In this document: positions 12,818-24,106 of the stretch, piece after piece
Position numbering within the stretch: position 1 is the first letter of the stretch
Layout: the number at the start of each line of letters is the position of its first letter
Source of the DNA: Lama glama
Taxonomy: Eukaryota
Reading direction: 5' to 3'
Assembly: GCA_028534125.1 (NCBI GenBank)
Contig: CM052817.1
Location: 55,368,001 to 55,432,000 of the forward strand
DNA: 64,000 bases
The notes under the pieces: generated by a model
What the model was told of the DNA's origin: nothing
Seen by the model: only the letters and a program-made list of their open reading frames with translations
The model's database searches: none
Translations under genes and position numbers: made by a program

Positions 12818-13380
12818 TGAAGTAATAGTTTACAATTACAATGTTGTGTCAATTTCTGGTGTACAGCATAATGCTTCAAGTCATACATGAACATACATAT
12901 ATTTGTTTTCTTATTATGGAATAAGGTTTTATTTTCAGATCTGAGTCCTTTGGATAGAGGAGACAAGGGTTTCATTGCAGGAGGTCATAGAAGCATTCTG
13001 GTCCCTTACCTGACCTGGACTTGAGCTGAGACTTTAAAGTACTAAGCTCATCAATTTCTTTCCTCACATCCCTAGAATATTTATAAATAACGAACTAACT
13101 CCATAGTACTCTATATATTTACTACTGTGTTTTATGGCAACAACTACATAGTCATCCAAAGACTTAGCTTTTATAGCACTTGATTACAGATATCTCCAGA
13201 TGATAATTTAAATATCTCTCATCACTGCATGACATGTATGTACGTCTCCTAACCCAACTACTACTAGAATCATTAATGTCTTTAAAACTAATCAGACCAG
13301 AGAAACAGTTCTGTACAGCCAACTCAAAGAACTAATTCTTAAGGTCCTGATTGCCTAGAGTTGCTTGTGGTACCAAATTT
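11898..13380 (-). pseudogene. Decayed ERV-L gag region (internal sequence)
   Basis: Minus-strand translations VSFVKLRALIWKKRDP, EHVWEYILTLLEHSGMNIMLDQAEFIFMSALSR and MLEWINHI resemble ERV-L Gag (VKVRALIGKEWDP, EHVWEWILRV..IKLDQAEFIDMG, GMLEWI); many stops; internal start aatttggtacc next to the LTR. Confidence 0.85.
12776..12916 (-). mobile_element. Short young L1 3' end with (TA)n-converted tail, inserted in the ERV-L gag relic
   Basis: tttattgaagta...acaatgttgtgtcaatttctggtgtacagcataatg; TSD tggaataag(a/g)tttt at 12762-12775 and 12917-12930. Confidence 0.88.
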
Positions 13381-14056
13381 TATAAATTTAGGATTTGATC
13401 AGAGAACAGGAACCACAATGAGTGATCTAGGGTAGGTGCTTTGTTACAGGTATTAGGCTTTATATAACTATCAGAGCAGCTTAAGCAGTTTGTTTAAGGC
13501 TAATGTGTCTGCATCTGGTGTTAGAATTGAAAATCAGGGCCAGGTTATGGAAAGACATATTGGATTTAACTTTGCAAAGATTAAGGGAGAACTGGAATCC
13601 ATAAGAATAAATAGGAATCTATCAGATAAAGAGGAACCCATGAGGACAAAATGGAAGCCATAAGAACAAAGTAGAACCCACCACTTATTGCCTTCAACCT
13701 TGATGATGTAAGCCACCTGTGTTATAATCTGGGCACTCTTCATGAAAGAGCTACTCTCATCCCTGGGCTGTGATGTATAGAAACTGAAGCACAGATCTAC
13801 CAAGAACTTCAGAAACTAAGGGAGCAGCTGCTTCCCCACACCAACAAGATGAAAATGTGGATGAAATTTTGAGTGACCTGCAAAGTCTTGGCTCCACTTC
13901 AACATTCAGAATGTTCAAAAAAAAAATCAGATATTCACTTCAGCCTTCCGAATATCACACAGATTTTTCTTATGACTGACTCTACCTAGAACCATATGAG
14001 AAAGGGAAACTAAGAAATGTAGTCTAGCAAAATTGACACAATACAAAGTCACCACA
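13381..14056 (-). mobile_element. ERV-L class 5' LTR (LTR40/41/52-like)
   Basis: ggatttgatcagagaacaggaacc at the left; ends aaattgacacaatacaaagtcaccaca (TG terminus on the minus strand); abuts the ERV-L internal start. Confidence 0.75.
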
Positions 14057-16236
14057 CTGAAAGTGACACTGCTATGAGTAAGTGAGGAAGAATAGAGACA
14101 TAGTAAGTACAAAAATTATTTCCTTCTAATCAAGAATACCAGAATACCACTTATCTTTACTGTCTCTGTTACTGCTAAGTTTTAAGGAAACCTCATGAAA
14201 TACTATTTCATAAATATAAAACATAAATTTGAGCTTCTAGCATGCACAAAGCATAGGGCTACATGGAAAATAAATGAACAAGTTCTATAGGCCAAAATCC
14301 TTGCCTTCAGAAAGCTTAAAATGTTATCATTGCTCCATCTTCAGAATTATTCCTGTGCCTTTCTATTTCCCATCATGATTACCTAGTAGAGTTTTTACCA
14401 AAAAATTTTAAAATTATTGGCACTCTTAGCCAGTCTCCACTTGTTTACATGAAATTACATTTAATGATTCCATTGATAATTATTCTACTTGCTTTTTTTT
14501 CTTTGAGGTGCTTACATATGGAGAAATATCTGAGGGATTCAAGATAAAATGTCATGCTAAATTTTCTAAGAATGGAATAAAATACAAAATCTTATTTATT
14601 GAGCATGTAGATATGATAGCAATGCACACAACTGGATTAGTTAATATGTTGATTATCACAATGACATGCATTTTTCATGTCAAATCATACTGATAGTGAC
14701 AGACAAAATTGAGCTCATGAGGAGCCATGACAAATGTTATGAACTGGACAACAGCAGGCTAGCAAAGACAGAGGAAAGTTACATTGAGGCAGTTAGCCAG
14801 CATATGGCTTCCAAGTTTAGCATTCTGAAAAGGTTTTCATCTTTATAAATATTTATTATCCTTGAGTCTAGATTTACCTTGTGGCAGAAGACAATCATTG
14901 AATGTATGTGATTTATAAACTTTGAACAATCTATTCTTGAATTCATTCATTCTGCACAGCTTATAAAATTGGTTGAAAATAAGGTCTGTGCACCAAGAAA
15001 AAGCCATATTTGCCATGTTTCAGTGAAGAAATGCCATATGTCATTCACTAACTGAATATTTAATTCAATATGTCAGACAAACAGATCCAAAATCAACAAG
15101 CAACAGATCTTTTTTAATTATTCAAAACACATAATAGTTCTGCTTATGGGTGGAAACACTAATAAACCAAAGAAAACAACTCTACACTATAAAAAGACAT
15201 TGTTATTTTCAGTCCAGTTGGTTTGCTTTAAAAAAATCATCTTATTATGATTCTGCAGATTATTTTTAAGAGTGACTACAACTTGAAATTTTAGCAAATA
15301 TGCTTCAGCAAAATCATCAAGAGTTACTTGCCACTGTAATAAAAACAAATTATAGGTCAATATATCTCTGAAATATTTTAAAAGCAATTTTGCTTCAATT
15401 TAAGGAGAGTAGCAAAAAAATTAGTGGTAGCACATTTCCTGTTCTGGCTATGTTGTAGCTTGTCATAGGTTTTGCTTGTGCCAAGAATAACTAGAAAAGC
15501 CATAAAAATTAATTTAGAAATAGATTTGGTTCAAAGGCATCATAAAAGTTAAAGAAGCATCCAATACTTTAGGAGTGAGTTTCTTGTAAGAAAGAGGCTC
15601 AAGGAAGACAGGAATAGAGAATCTAAAAAACAGAAACTTAAAGAGGAGAAAGTAAATTAAAAACAGAGGAAAAATTGGGGGAGGCTTTATGATTCTGAAG
15701 AGACAAAAGTGTGAGATCAAGAAGTGTAGGAAGAGGGGCCACAGTAAAAATCCTAGACTTTCAGTTGGAACATCTTATAAGAATAAAGCAAACCAAAGTT
15801 ACACTGAGTCTTCTAAGACTATAAACCTACCTTAAGTAGGCAGTCACCGATGGATAGAGGTGATTCTCTCTACACTAGTTGCCCAACAGGGAATACAGAA
15901 TCTTCCCTAGGAATGACAATGTCTTAAAGGCCTTTATGATTTTTTAAAATTAATCAAAATTACCAGCTACACCAAGAAAGAGTACCATGAAGAAAAAAAT
16001 AGAAAATAGAAACATAGCCATAGATAACACTGCTATTTGAGGCATTATACTACAGATACTTTGAAGTTACTGTGGTTAAAATGTTCAAGAAAATAAAGAA
16101 TTGTATTTCACTAGGAAAGTAGAATCTATTAAAAAAAAGTCAAATAGATGCATTAGAACTTAGAAAGAAAATAAGTGAAATTATCAGCTTAACATGTGAG
16201 TTTATCAAGTAGATTAAACACAGCAAGAGATAACAG

Positions 16237-16598
16237 TGTTGAACTTTATCTAAGCCTGATGTTCCCAGAAAGCAGTGAGTTGAAAAATTCACCTCAATAA
16301 AATTGTATGTTCTGAGAAAAAATCTAACCAAAAACAAAAGAAGAAGGAGAAGGAGAAGGGGAAGGTGAAGGGGAAGGAGAAAGAAAACCACACTGTATTT
16401 TCACATATCCCAATTCAAGACCCAACTTCACCTTTCCTCACTGACACAGATAAGGCCCACTTCTCTTCTTCCTCATGCCACCTCATGCCACATATGAGAC
16501 TCATTGATGACTCCTTTTTAGTCTGGCTCTGAAAATCCCTATCTCATTACCTGAATAAAGCCTTCTCTTTTAATTGGCTATGCCTTTTGTTTCTTACA
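16237..16598 (+). mobile_element. ERV1-class LTR (MER110/MER90-like)
   Basis: TG...CA termini (tgttgaactttatctaagcctg ... gtttcttaca), AATAAA ~40 nt before the end; L1 sequence resumes on both sides. Confidence 0.65.
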
Positions 16599-17304
16599 GA
16601 TAAAATCAATGAATTGAAAACTAGATCAGGAGAAAATTCCAGACTTCATCACAGAGAGCAACAAGCATAGGAAATATCAAAATAAGGATTATATGAGAAT
16701 CTGAGAAAAAGTTGAATTTGCATATTTGTGTTTCAAAATGAGACCAGCAATAGAAAAATGAGGCAGTGACAATATTTGAAGATATGACAACTGAACATAT
16801 TTTAAAGTAGACAAAAAAATCTCAATCTATAGATTCAAAATGGAACTACAAAGCAATAAAATTACAACAAAAACAATATTAAGGCATTTCACTATAAAAC
16901 AGTGAACATGAATGACAAAGAGAAACACTTAAATGAAGCTAGAAATAAAAACACATGAAAGTCACACTAATCACAATACAGCTGATTTCTCAATAGGAAA
17001 AAAAGGAGTAATCCAGATGACAGTGGATAGATATATATGTTTTAAATACTGAAAGACAGTAAGAGCAACCTAAATTTTTACAATCTGAAAATATCCTTCA
17101 AACATGAAGCAGAAATGAGGTAATCTTGGGTAGATAAAAACTAAAAGTATTCATAGCTAACAAACCTGAAGTAAAAGGATAGTAAGCCAGTCATACACAT
17201 TGTAAAGTCTAGGATAATCACTAAAAGAAAAGCAAAAGAGTGAAAATGAATATGCTAATAAAGGTGGGTGGAATAAAAATATTTGATTAATCTGAATACT
17301 TGGA

Positions 17305-17572
17305 ATTAGCCAAACTCAATGTTAAGGCAACAGGGCTGTAGGCTGATAAGTCTGCCCAAGATTTCTGACGCAGATTGCAAGCTTGAGAGAACCAAAACCA
17401 CCCTCAGATTTGATAATTGACTAGAATGACTCACAAAACTGAGGAAAGACCTCTGCTTATGATTATAGTTCTGTTGTAGAAAAAACATACAAATGATAAC
17501 CAGCCGAAAGAAGAGATGCATAGGACAGAATCTGGGAGGGTACTAAACATGGAGTTTCCAATGTCCCCTCAG
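17305..17572 (-). mobile_element. MER21-like LTR fragment
   Basis: accaccctcagatttgataattgactagaatgactcacaaaactga matches my recall of the MER21 antisense consensus. Confidence 0.75.
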
Positions 17573-17574
17573 TT

Positions 17575-18027
17575 TGTCTAAGCATTAGATAGGTTTCTTC
17601 TTGACTATAGTTAGACATGACCTCCCTTTTCTTACAGCATTTAATTAAAAACACTTGTAATTATCAATCTTTTCTCCATGCGTTTGAGATGCTTATCTTC
17701 TCCAACCTTTAGCCAGTTTATAGCCCAGAATTTTTTTTTTCCCTGAGAACCTAGGAGCCGTCTCTTTAAAATGATAATACCCTATCTTCTAGGCTCTGTA
17801 GGAGCCTGTCTTCAGTAAGCACCAGTTAGCCACAACATGGCCTAATCACCATTGACCGGTCTCTCCCTAGTGCCTTCCAGTACTTTTTCACTAGTGCTTT
17901 CCTGTGCTTAACAACTCTGGCCTTTTGTTTCAGTGGAATTCAGTTCAGTCTCTTTCCCCCGTTGCAATAGTTTTGAACAAAGTCTTTGGCGCCTTTTTAA
18001 CTTATTTGATGCAATTTTTCTTTGACA
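17575..18027 (+). mobile_element. MER67-like ERV1 LTR
   Basis: tttgagatg...acctaggagccgtctctttaaaatg...atggcctaatcaccattgacc...ttcagttcagtctct; ends ttctttgaca. Confidence 0.7.
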
Positions 18028-18115
18028 GTAGCAAATGTAGCATATACATTGCAAGAAAGAAAAGATATCTTTTAAACATAGAGGCAAAAAATTCTAAAGA
18101 AAATATTAGCAAACC

Positions 18116-18688
18116 TGTTAGGTAGGTAGTTAAGTGGTGGCACCAGGCAGATAGGTGGAGGAGCAGGAGAGGATGTCTGAAAGATGGCATTATGTCCGCC
18201 TCCAGCATAAACGGACTTCTTCTAAATGAGTGCCAGAAAAAAAAAATCAAATAAATTAAAAAAAAAAAAACAAACCTGGTTAAAACCGGACAGCCACGAC
18301 TGCAAGGTAGCTAAAGGACTTAACGAGACATGACCAATATTCATTGTATTATAATTAACATTTCAGTTTAAGCTCCCTACCCTGGCCATGGGTTTTTCTG
18401 TATACACCAAGCGTAAGGACATGTGCAAAGGGGCCAAACATAACTAAGCATTCTAGGGACAAGAGCCCTCAGTCGATCAAGAGACCTCCTCTAAGTGAGG
18501 GTATCAGAGAAAGGGGAGACAAAAAACGCTTTTTCCTCCCTTGGATGAGCCTGCCTCCCATTTTGGGGGGTGTCCTTTTCTTTTAAATAAATCTTTTAAG
18601 TATTTCTCTACACAATGCACCGTCTCCCAACTACAAACTTGTCTTTCTGGTATGAAAAGAACCAGTGTCTTTACCTTTTGGGGTAACA
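18116..18688 (+). mobile_element. Young solo LTR (ERV1 class, probably lineage-specific)
   Basis: Inverted termini TGTTA...TAACA; perfect 4-bp TSD aacc (18112-18115 and 18689-18692); AATAAA near 18586; 9 CpGs retained; splits the host L1 ORF2. Confidence 0.9.
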
Positions 18689-18929
18689 AACCAAATATGT
18701 GATCTCCTAAGTAAATAATAACTGATGGCCAGCTTGCATGTATTCCAGAAACACAAATTTATCTGTTTATTTGAGAATAAATGTAACGTACTACATTCAT
18801 AAAATAAAGGAGAAAAATATTTATTTAAATTTAACACCCATTTATGAGGGGGGAAAAAAGCCTTGAACAAGAGTGGAAAGGAAATTCTTAATCTGGTAAG
18901 AAGTAGGAGAAAAAAAAATCACACTTTCC

Positions 18930-19360
18930 CTAGTTTGCATTGCGTCAGAAGCAAATGCAGAGGCAAATATCCAAGAGCAAATAGGAAGTAGTTTATTAGG
19001 GTATTGTAGGGAACACGAGTAGGAATGAGGGAGATTGATACAGGGAAGGAATTCCATAAAGAGAGGATTTTTGAACTGGCTACTACAGTGGGTAATTGAA
19101 GCTTAATTCAATGGAGAAACTCTGGGAAATGCTTCAAAATACATGCCTCAAGGGAAAGGAGTATTTACATACCACTGTGATTCAGAGAGTAGTTAAGGGC
19201 TGCTTCCTTGAGGTGTTAATTTCCTGGCATTTCCAAGACTGCCAAGTGGTTGGACTTGGCAGCTTCCAAGAGGAAAATCTCTCCCCATTAGTGACGCAGA
19301 TACTGGAAGCTGGGATTCTTATAGAACACAAGGCAGAGATAAAGACTGGAATAAAGGTAG
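18930..19360 (-). mobile_element. LTR33-like ERV-L LTR
   Basis: aagtagtttattaggg...ctactacagtgggtaattgaagcttaattc...aagggctgcttcc...gttaatttcctggcatttcc follows the LTR33 antisense layout. Confidence 0.7.
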
Positions 19361-20177
19361 AGTTCTTGCAATTTTGCTTATAATGCTTAATGGCAAAAAA
19401 CACTGAACCTTTTTTTCAAAGGTAGGAACAAGAAAAATGTTTTCACTACTGGTATTTTTTTCAACACTGAACTGGATGTCCAATTAATTGAAATAATGCA
19501 AAAATTAAAATGCAAAACACTCTGAAAAAGATCAAATGAAAACATCACTATTTGCAGAAAACAGGATTATTTAGTAAGAAATTTTTTAATTATAAATTTT
19601 TAGAATTAAGATTTAAATTTAACTAAGTTGTAAAATACAATGTCAGTATTTAGAAAATTAGTCTTATTTCTGTAGATAAGCAATAAACAGTCAATATTTT
19701 TGCTGATACCACTTGAAATAATATAAAAATAATAAAATATAAAATTTAAATGCCTGAAAATATAATTTTAGAAAAATACCAAAGAAATCTATAAAGACAA
19801 CTAAATAGTATTACTGAGAGAATTAAAAAACCTAAATAAATGAAATGAATCAAAGTTTATGGGTTGGAGGAATCAAATACTGTAAGATGTTAATTATCCT
19901 CAAATTGATGTTTGATTAACTGCAATCACAAAACAAAACCTAAGCAGCTTGTCTGTGGGTGGTTGAAGAGCGTGGCAAACTTATTCTGTAGTTTTATGGA
20001 AGTGTAATGGGCTAAGAATAGCTAAACAATCTTGAAAAAGAAAAATACATTTGGAGACTTTTTATTAACAGAAGTATGTAATATAAGTTACATAAGGAAC
20101 AGAATGTGATTTAATTGCAAGAATAGACAATAATACAATAGAACAGAATTGAGAACCCCAGAATAAACCTAAACATA

Positions 20178-21172
20178 TGTGGACTGAAATAAAAATACAC
20201 AACATAAAAATTGTGATTTAAGTTTTTTTATTTGAAATGTAGTTGATTGCCAATGTTGTGTTAGTTTCTAGTGTACAGCATGATGATTCAGTTATATGTA
20301 TAGTCTTTTTCATATTCTTCTTCATTATAGACTATTACAAGATACTGAATATAGTTCCCTATGCTATTCAGTAGGATCTTACTGTTTATCTAGTTTATAT
20401 ATAGTAGTTTGTATCTGCTAATCCCAAACTCCTAATTTATCATTCCCCTCCCTCCTTTCCTCTTCAGTAGCCATAAGTTTGTTTTCTGTGTCTGAGTCTG
20501 TTTCTGTTTTGTAAATAAATTCATTTACATTTTTTTTGGATTCCACATGTAAGTGATATCATATGATATTTTTCTTTATTTCTCTGACTGACTTCACTTT
20601 GTATGATAGTCTCTGGGTTCATTCATGTTGCTGCAAATGGCATTATTTCATTCTCTTTATGGCTGAGTAGTATTCCATTGTATATATACCACAACTTCTT
20701 TATCCAGTCATTTGTCAGTGGGCATTTAGGTTGCTTCCATGACTTAGCTATTGTAAATTGTGACTTAATTTTTATTTGGAAAACTTAAAATATAGCCTCA
20801 GAGACAGCCTCTCAGATAGTGCTGAGGAACTGCTCTGAAGGCGTAAGGGTACATATGAATTATTTTGTTGGGGAAAAACATATAGTCAAACATTAAAAAT
20901 ATTACTGCTAATCACAAAGAATAGACATCTCAAATTAATGATTTTTAATGCTTTTCTGTGTGTGGATGAGAAAATAAAAGAATCTGGGCTCATTGAAATT
21001 TTTCCTTAGATACGTATCTTAACTCTCTAAGTCCTGGTATATCAAAAGCACAGAGTGCTTCATTTTTCTTCAACCTGAATTCCCCTCAGGGTGCACTATT
21101 AGTGGGTGACTGCAGTGGTTAATGGCTTGATCCTTGTAGAACTGGAATGGCAGACAACATTTTTTCTTTTCA
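20178..21172 (-). mobile_element. Cetartiodactyl-type ERV1 LTR, split by a young L1
   Basis: tgtggactgaaataaaaatacacaac ... gagacagcctctcagatagtgctgaggaactgctc ... tctgggctcattgaaat ... cccctcagggtgcac ... ttca; resembles LTRs I recall from bovid/camelid genomes. Confidence 0.75.
20227..20758 (-). mobile_element. Young 5'-truncated L1 3' UTR
   Basis: tattacaagatactgaatatagttccctatgcta...ttcatgttgctgcaaatggcattatttcattc; TSD tgtga(t/c)ttaa(g/t)tttt at 20212-20226 and 20759-20773. Confidence 0.9.
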
Positions 21173-21288
21173 CTATGTTGACAGCTTTTTTTAATGATAA
21201 ATATTCTTTGTAAAATTGATTTGGAAATAGTGTTTTTAACAAATGGTGTTGCGACAATTAAATATGAGGGGAAAAAGTGACTCTAGAC

Positions 21289-21476
21289 CAGCACAGTTCA
21301 AAGATTTCTGTATAATGGCAGTGTTCTATGTCTCCTAGATGCTGTAGCCCTTAGCTACATATAGTTGTTGAACACTTGATTTGTGAATAATGTGACATAT
21401 AAACTAAATTTTTTAATTTAATTAATTTTAATTTAAATAAATATAGTGCCTGTGGCTACCATATTGTACACCATTG
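21289..21476 (+). mobile_element. MER3-like hAT-Charlie MITE
   Basis: cagcacagttcaa...tagctacatatagttgttgaacacttga...AT-rich core...gtggctaccatattgtacac; left flank ctctagac fits the Charlie nTCTAGAn target. Confidence 0.8.
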
Positions 21477-23374
21477 TTATATACTTAGCACCATAAATGC
21501 ATATATATTAAATAGCTAGTAGACATAAATTGGGAAAGAGGAAAAAAGCTGGTAGTTTAACACAGACTATCTTTATGTCCTTGAAAACACAAATATTTTT
21601 CAAATAAAATGAAATAGTATTGACGATTTTAAAAAAAGATTGATAAAGTGGAATACATATACATATGAAAATATATTTATCACAGGATACTGTTAAGTGT
21701 GAAAATATAAGTCAAAGAATCACAGAAATAATTTCCAAAATATTTTTCTGACAAATGATTCAAATGCAGAAAGTAAAAGAAACTGCTATATAATAAAATG
21801 AAAAAGGAAAGGAATCTAATAAAAATGGGCAAAGATTGACCAGCCACTCCATATTTCAAAAGATAGTATTCAGATTGCCAGTAAACATGTGATACTGTGT
21901 TTAACATGATTTTTTACCAGGGGAATGCAAATTAAAGCTATGTTGTGTTATAATCTTTAAAGACATGGGTACAATTTTAGAAGAAAGCTTTTGCCACTGT
22001 TGGCAACAATACAGAACAAATGAAACATTCATGTACTTCAGATGTAAGTTAAAATCAATAAAAACCACTTTGGAAAACTGTTTATCTTTTTCTATTAAAG
22101 TGGATTTATGAATTCCCTATGGCCTGATGATTCAAATCTTAAGTATATACAACTAAAATGCATATATGTGTGCACCAACACATATGCTCTAGAATGTTCA
22201 TAATTGGGTTATCCACATTAGCCTCAATCTATATACACCTGAAATATCCATTTAAAATAAAATGAATAAACAAACTCTGTTATTGTCAAACAATGAATGC
22301 TTTGTAGGAATGAGAAAAAAATTTGCAACATTCAATGATCTGCATAAATCTTAAAAGATAATGTTAAGCAATTAAAATCAGACATAAAATATGATATAGT
22401 GTAGGATTCTATGTACTTATAGTTCAAAAATATGTGAACTAATCCATGGTGATAAAAGTCAGGAGAGTGTTTACTTTTGTGTGGAATACTAAGAAGGAAC
22501 ACAAGAGCAACTTTTAGAGGGCTGCCAACATTCAAATATTTTATCAGAGTGATAGTTTCATTAGTGTGTTTACTTTGTAAAAATTCACTGAAATTTGCAC
22601 TTACAATTAGACTAAAGTAAAATGTCATTAAATTTTATGTAGAAACAGAAAGACTTTCTTGAAAAAAAGTTAGTGAAAGCACCTGAAAAGTGAATGACCT
22701 GGCATTAAAAATGAATGTGGAAATATATTTAATAAGTATTTTTTCTTAAGATAAATGATCACTTTGTCTCTTTTGACCATATCATCTGCAAACAGTGACT
22801 TGCCGTGTTTCAGCATTTTGCCACTTTTTTTTGCCAGTGATGTCTGTTCAATCTATGGCTGTTAGAACTGGAAGATTAAATTTTTCTTGTGACATAAGAG
22901 AAAGAATAACACAGATGATATAAATTCTTTGGAGTTAAAGATATATTTCCTGTTATGTTGCACAAGATAGAATAAAGTACAGTGCAAATAGCTCAAAGAT
23001 TCAACAAATATTGACCGAAAGTGTATTGAGAAGCCCCATGTTTATGAGACATTATATTAACAAGAAGATTTTAGAAGAGTATGATAAAATTTAACCATTT
23101 CCTTTCTGATTCTCATTCTCCTGAGGGTAGTCAAAATTTCTGAAGCTCAAACTCTCCTCTCAGAGTTTCACATCAGGTTGCATAAGGCTCAAATTGCCTC
23201 CAGAACTGAGTGTGAAATGGTTTTAAAGTACCATACCACAGACATGGATAATACTGCATGCTGTGTCAAATGATGCATCCCCAAATCTATTTTCCCTGTT
23301 GATTGGAGATCTGTTTAAACATAATAACTAAATTTGAATGTTCCTTTTAAATAAGTATGGCTACACTATTAATT

Positions 23375-23785
23375 TCACTATTCAGCAAGTATTTATAATG
23401 TTTCTTTTATGTCATGTGAACTGTCCTGTGTACTGAGTGTAGAGAAATAAATAAGTTACCACTGTAGTCAAGAAACTCACATTGTCCTGAGAAATCGTAT
23501 ATACTGATGTTTATAATGGAAAAATTGACATTTTAACCATCCTTGGGGAAAGGAGATGGGATATGGGAAGATTTCCTGTGAAAATGAAGATTGGGTCTTG
23601 TAGATAACAGAGTAGTTACTGAGTGAATTTAAGCAGGGGATTAACATGGTCATATTTGCATATTTAATAGTTTACTCTGACAACTGTAAAGATGAATTTG
23701 AGTGGAATAAGGAAGGTACTGGGAAACCAGCCAGATTGTCATTGAAATGAAAGACACAAGAGTCTGAACCTGAGAGGTGATAAAG
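23375..23785 (-). mobile_element. L2 LINE fragment
   Basis: attcagcaagtatttataatg...caagaaactcacattgtc...aagcaggggattaacatggtcatatttgcatattta. Confidence 0.65.
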
Positions 23786-23799
23786 ATAATATGTCTAAG

Positions 23800-24106
23800 T
23801 GAACAAGCTCATTTAGTATTTCTTTATGCAGTTATTTTGGCCAGATGAAGCTCAAAAAATACCCTCCAGCAGACTTTCCATCATATCAAAATAGCTAGAG
23901 GTGGATAAGATGGACAACTTTCTTCAAAGGGAGTGGTATTGCAATGATTGTCTTAGACTAATTATGATTTCTTCCTTGAGGCTGGGGAAAATCTCATCTC
24001 TAAACTCAGCTTTGCCTGACACCTAAGTAGCACCAACTTTCTATAAGCTTAGAAGTAGAGGCTGGGGAAGAATGGCTATCAAGTGATAAATTGTGTTTGC
24101 TGTACC
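23800..24106 (-). mobile_element. MLT1K/L-like MaLR LTR fragment
   Basis: ccagcagactttccatcatatc...aagggagtggtattgcaatgattgtcttagactaatt. Confidence 0.6.

Larger units (their letters stand above)
15450..22630 (+). mobile_element. Old, fragmented near-full-length L1 (L1ME-like): 5' region, ORF1, ORF2 remnants and 3' UTR, interrupted by nested elements
   Basis: ORF1-like A-rich sequence at 15950-17200; ORF2 remnants (aaaattctaaagaaaatattagcaaacc ~ KILNKILAN; ggaacaaga...ttcaacactgaactggatgtcc ~ GTRQGCPLSPLLFNIVLEV); L1ME-type 3' end at 22450-22630. Confidence 0.75.

Noticed and set aside
11898..13380. Possible domesticated ERV-L gag (Fv1-like restriction factor)
   Set aside because: Multiple in-frame stops, frameshifts and an L1 insertion; no long ORF in the track
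19238..19262. 9-bp perfect hairpin ctgccaagt...acttggcag
   Set aside because: Short, inside an LTR33-like element and expected by chance
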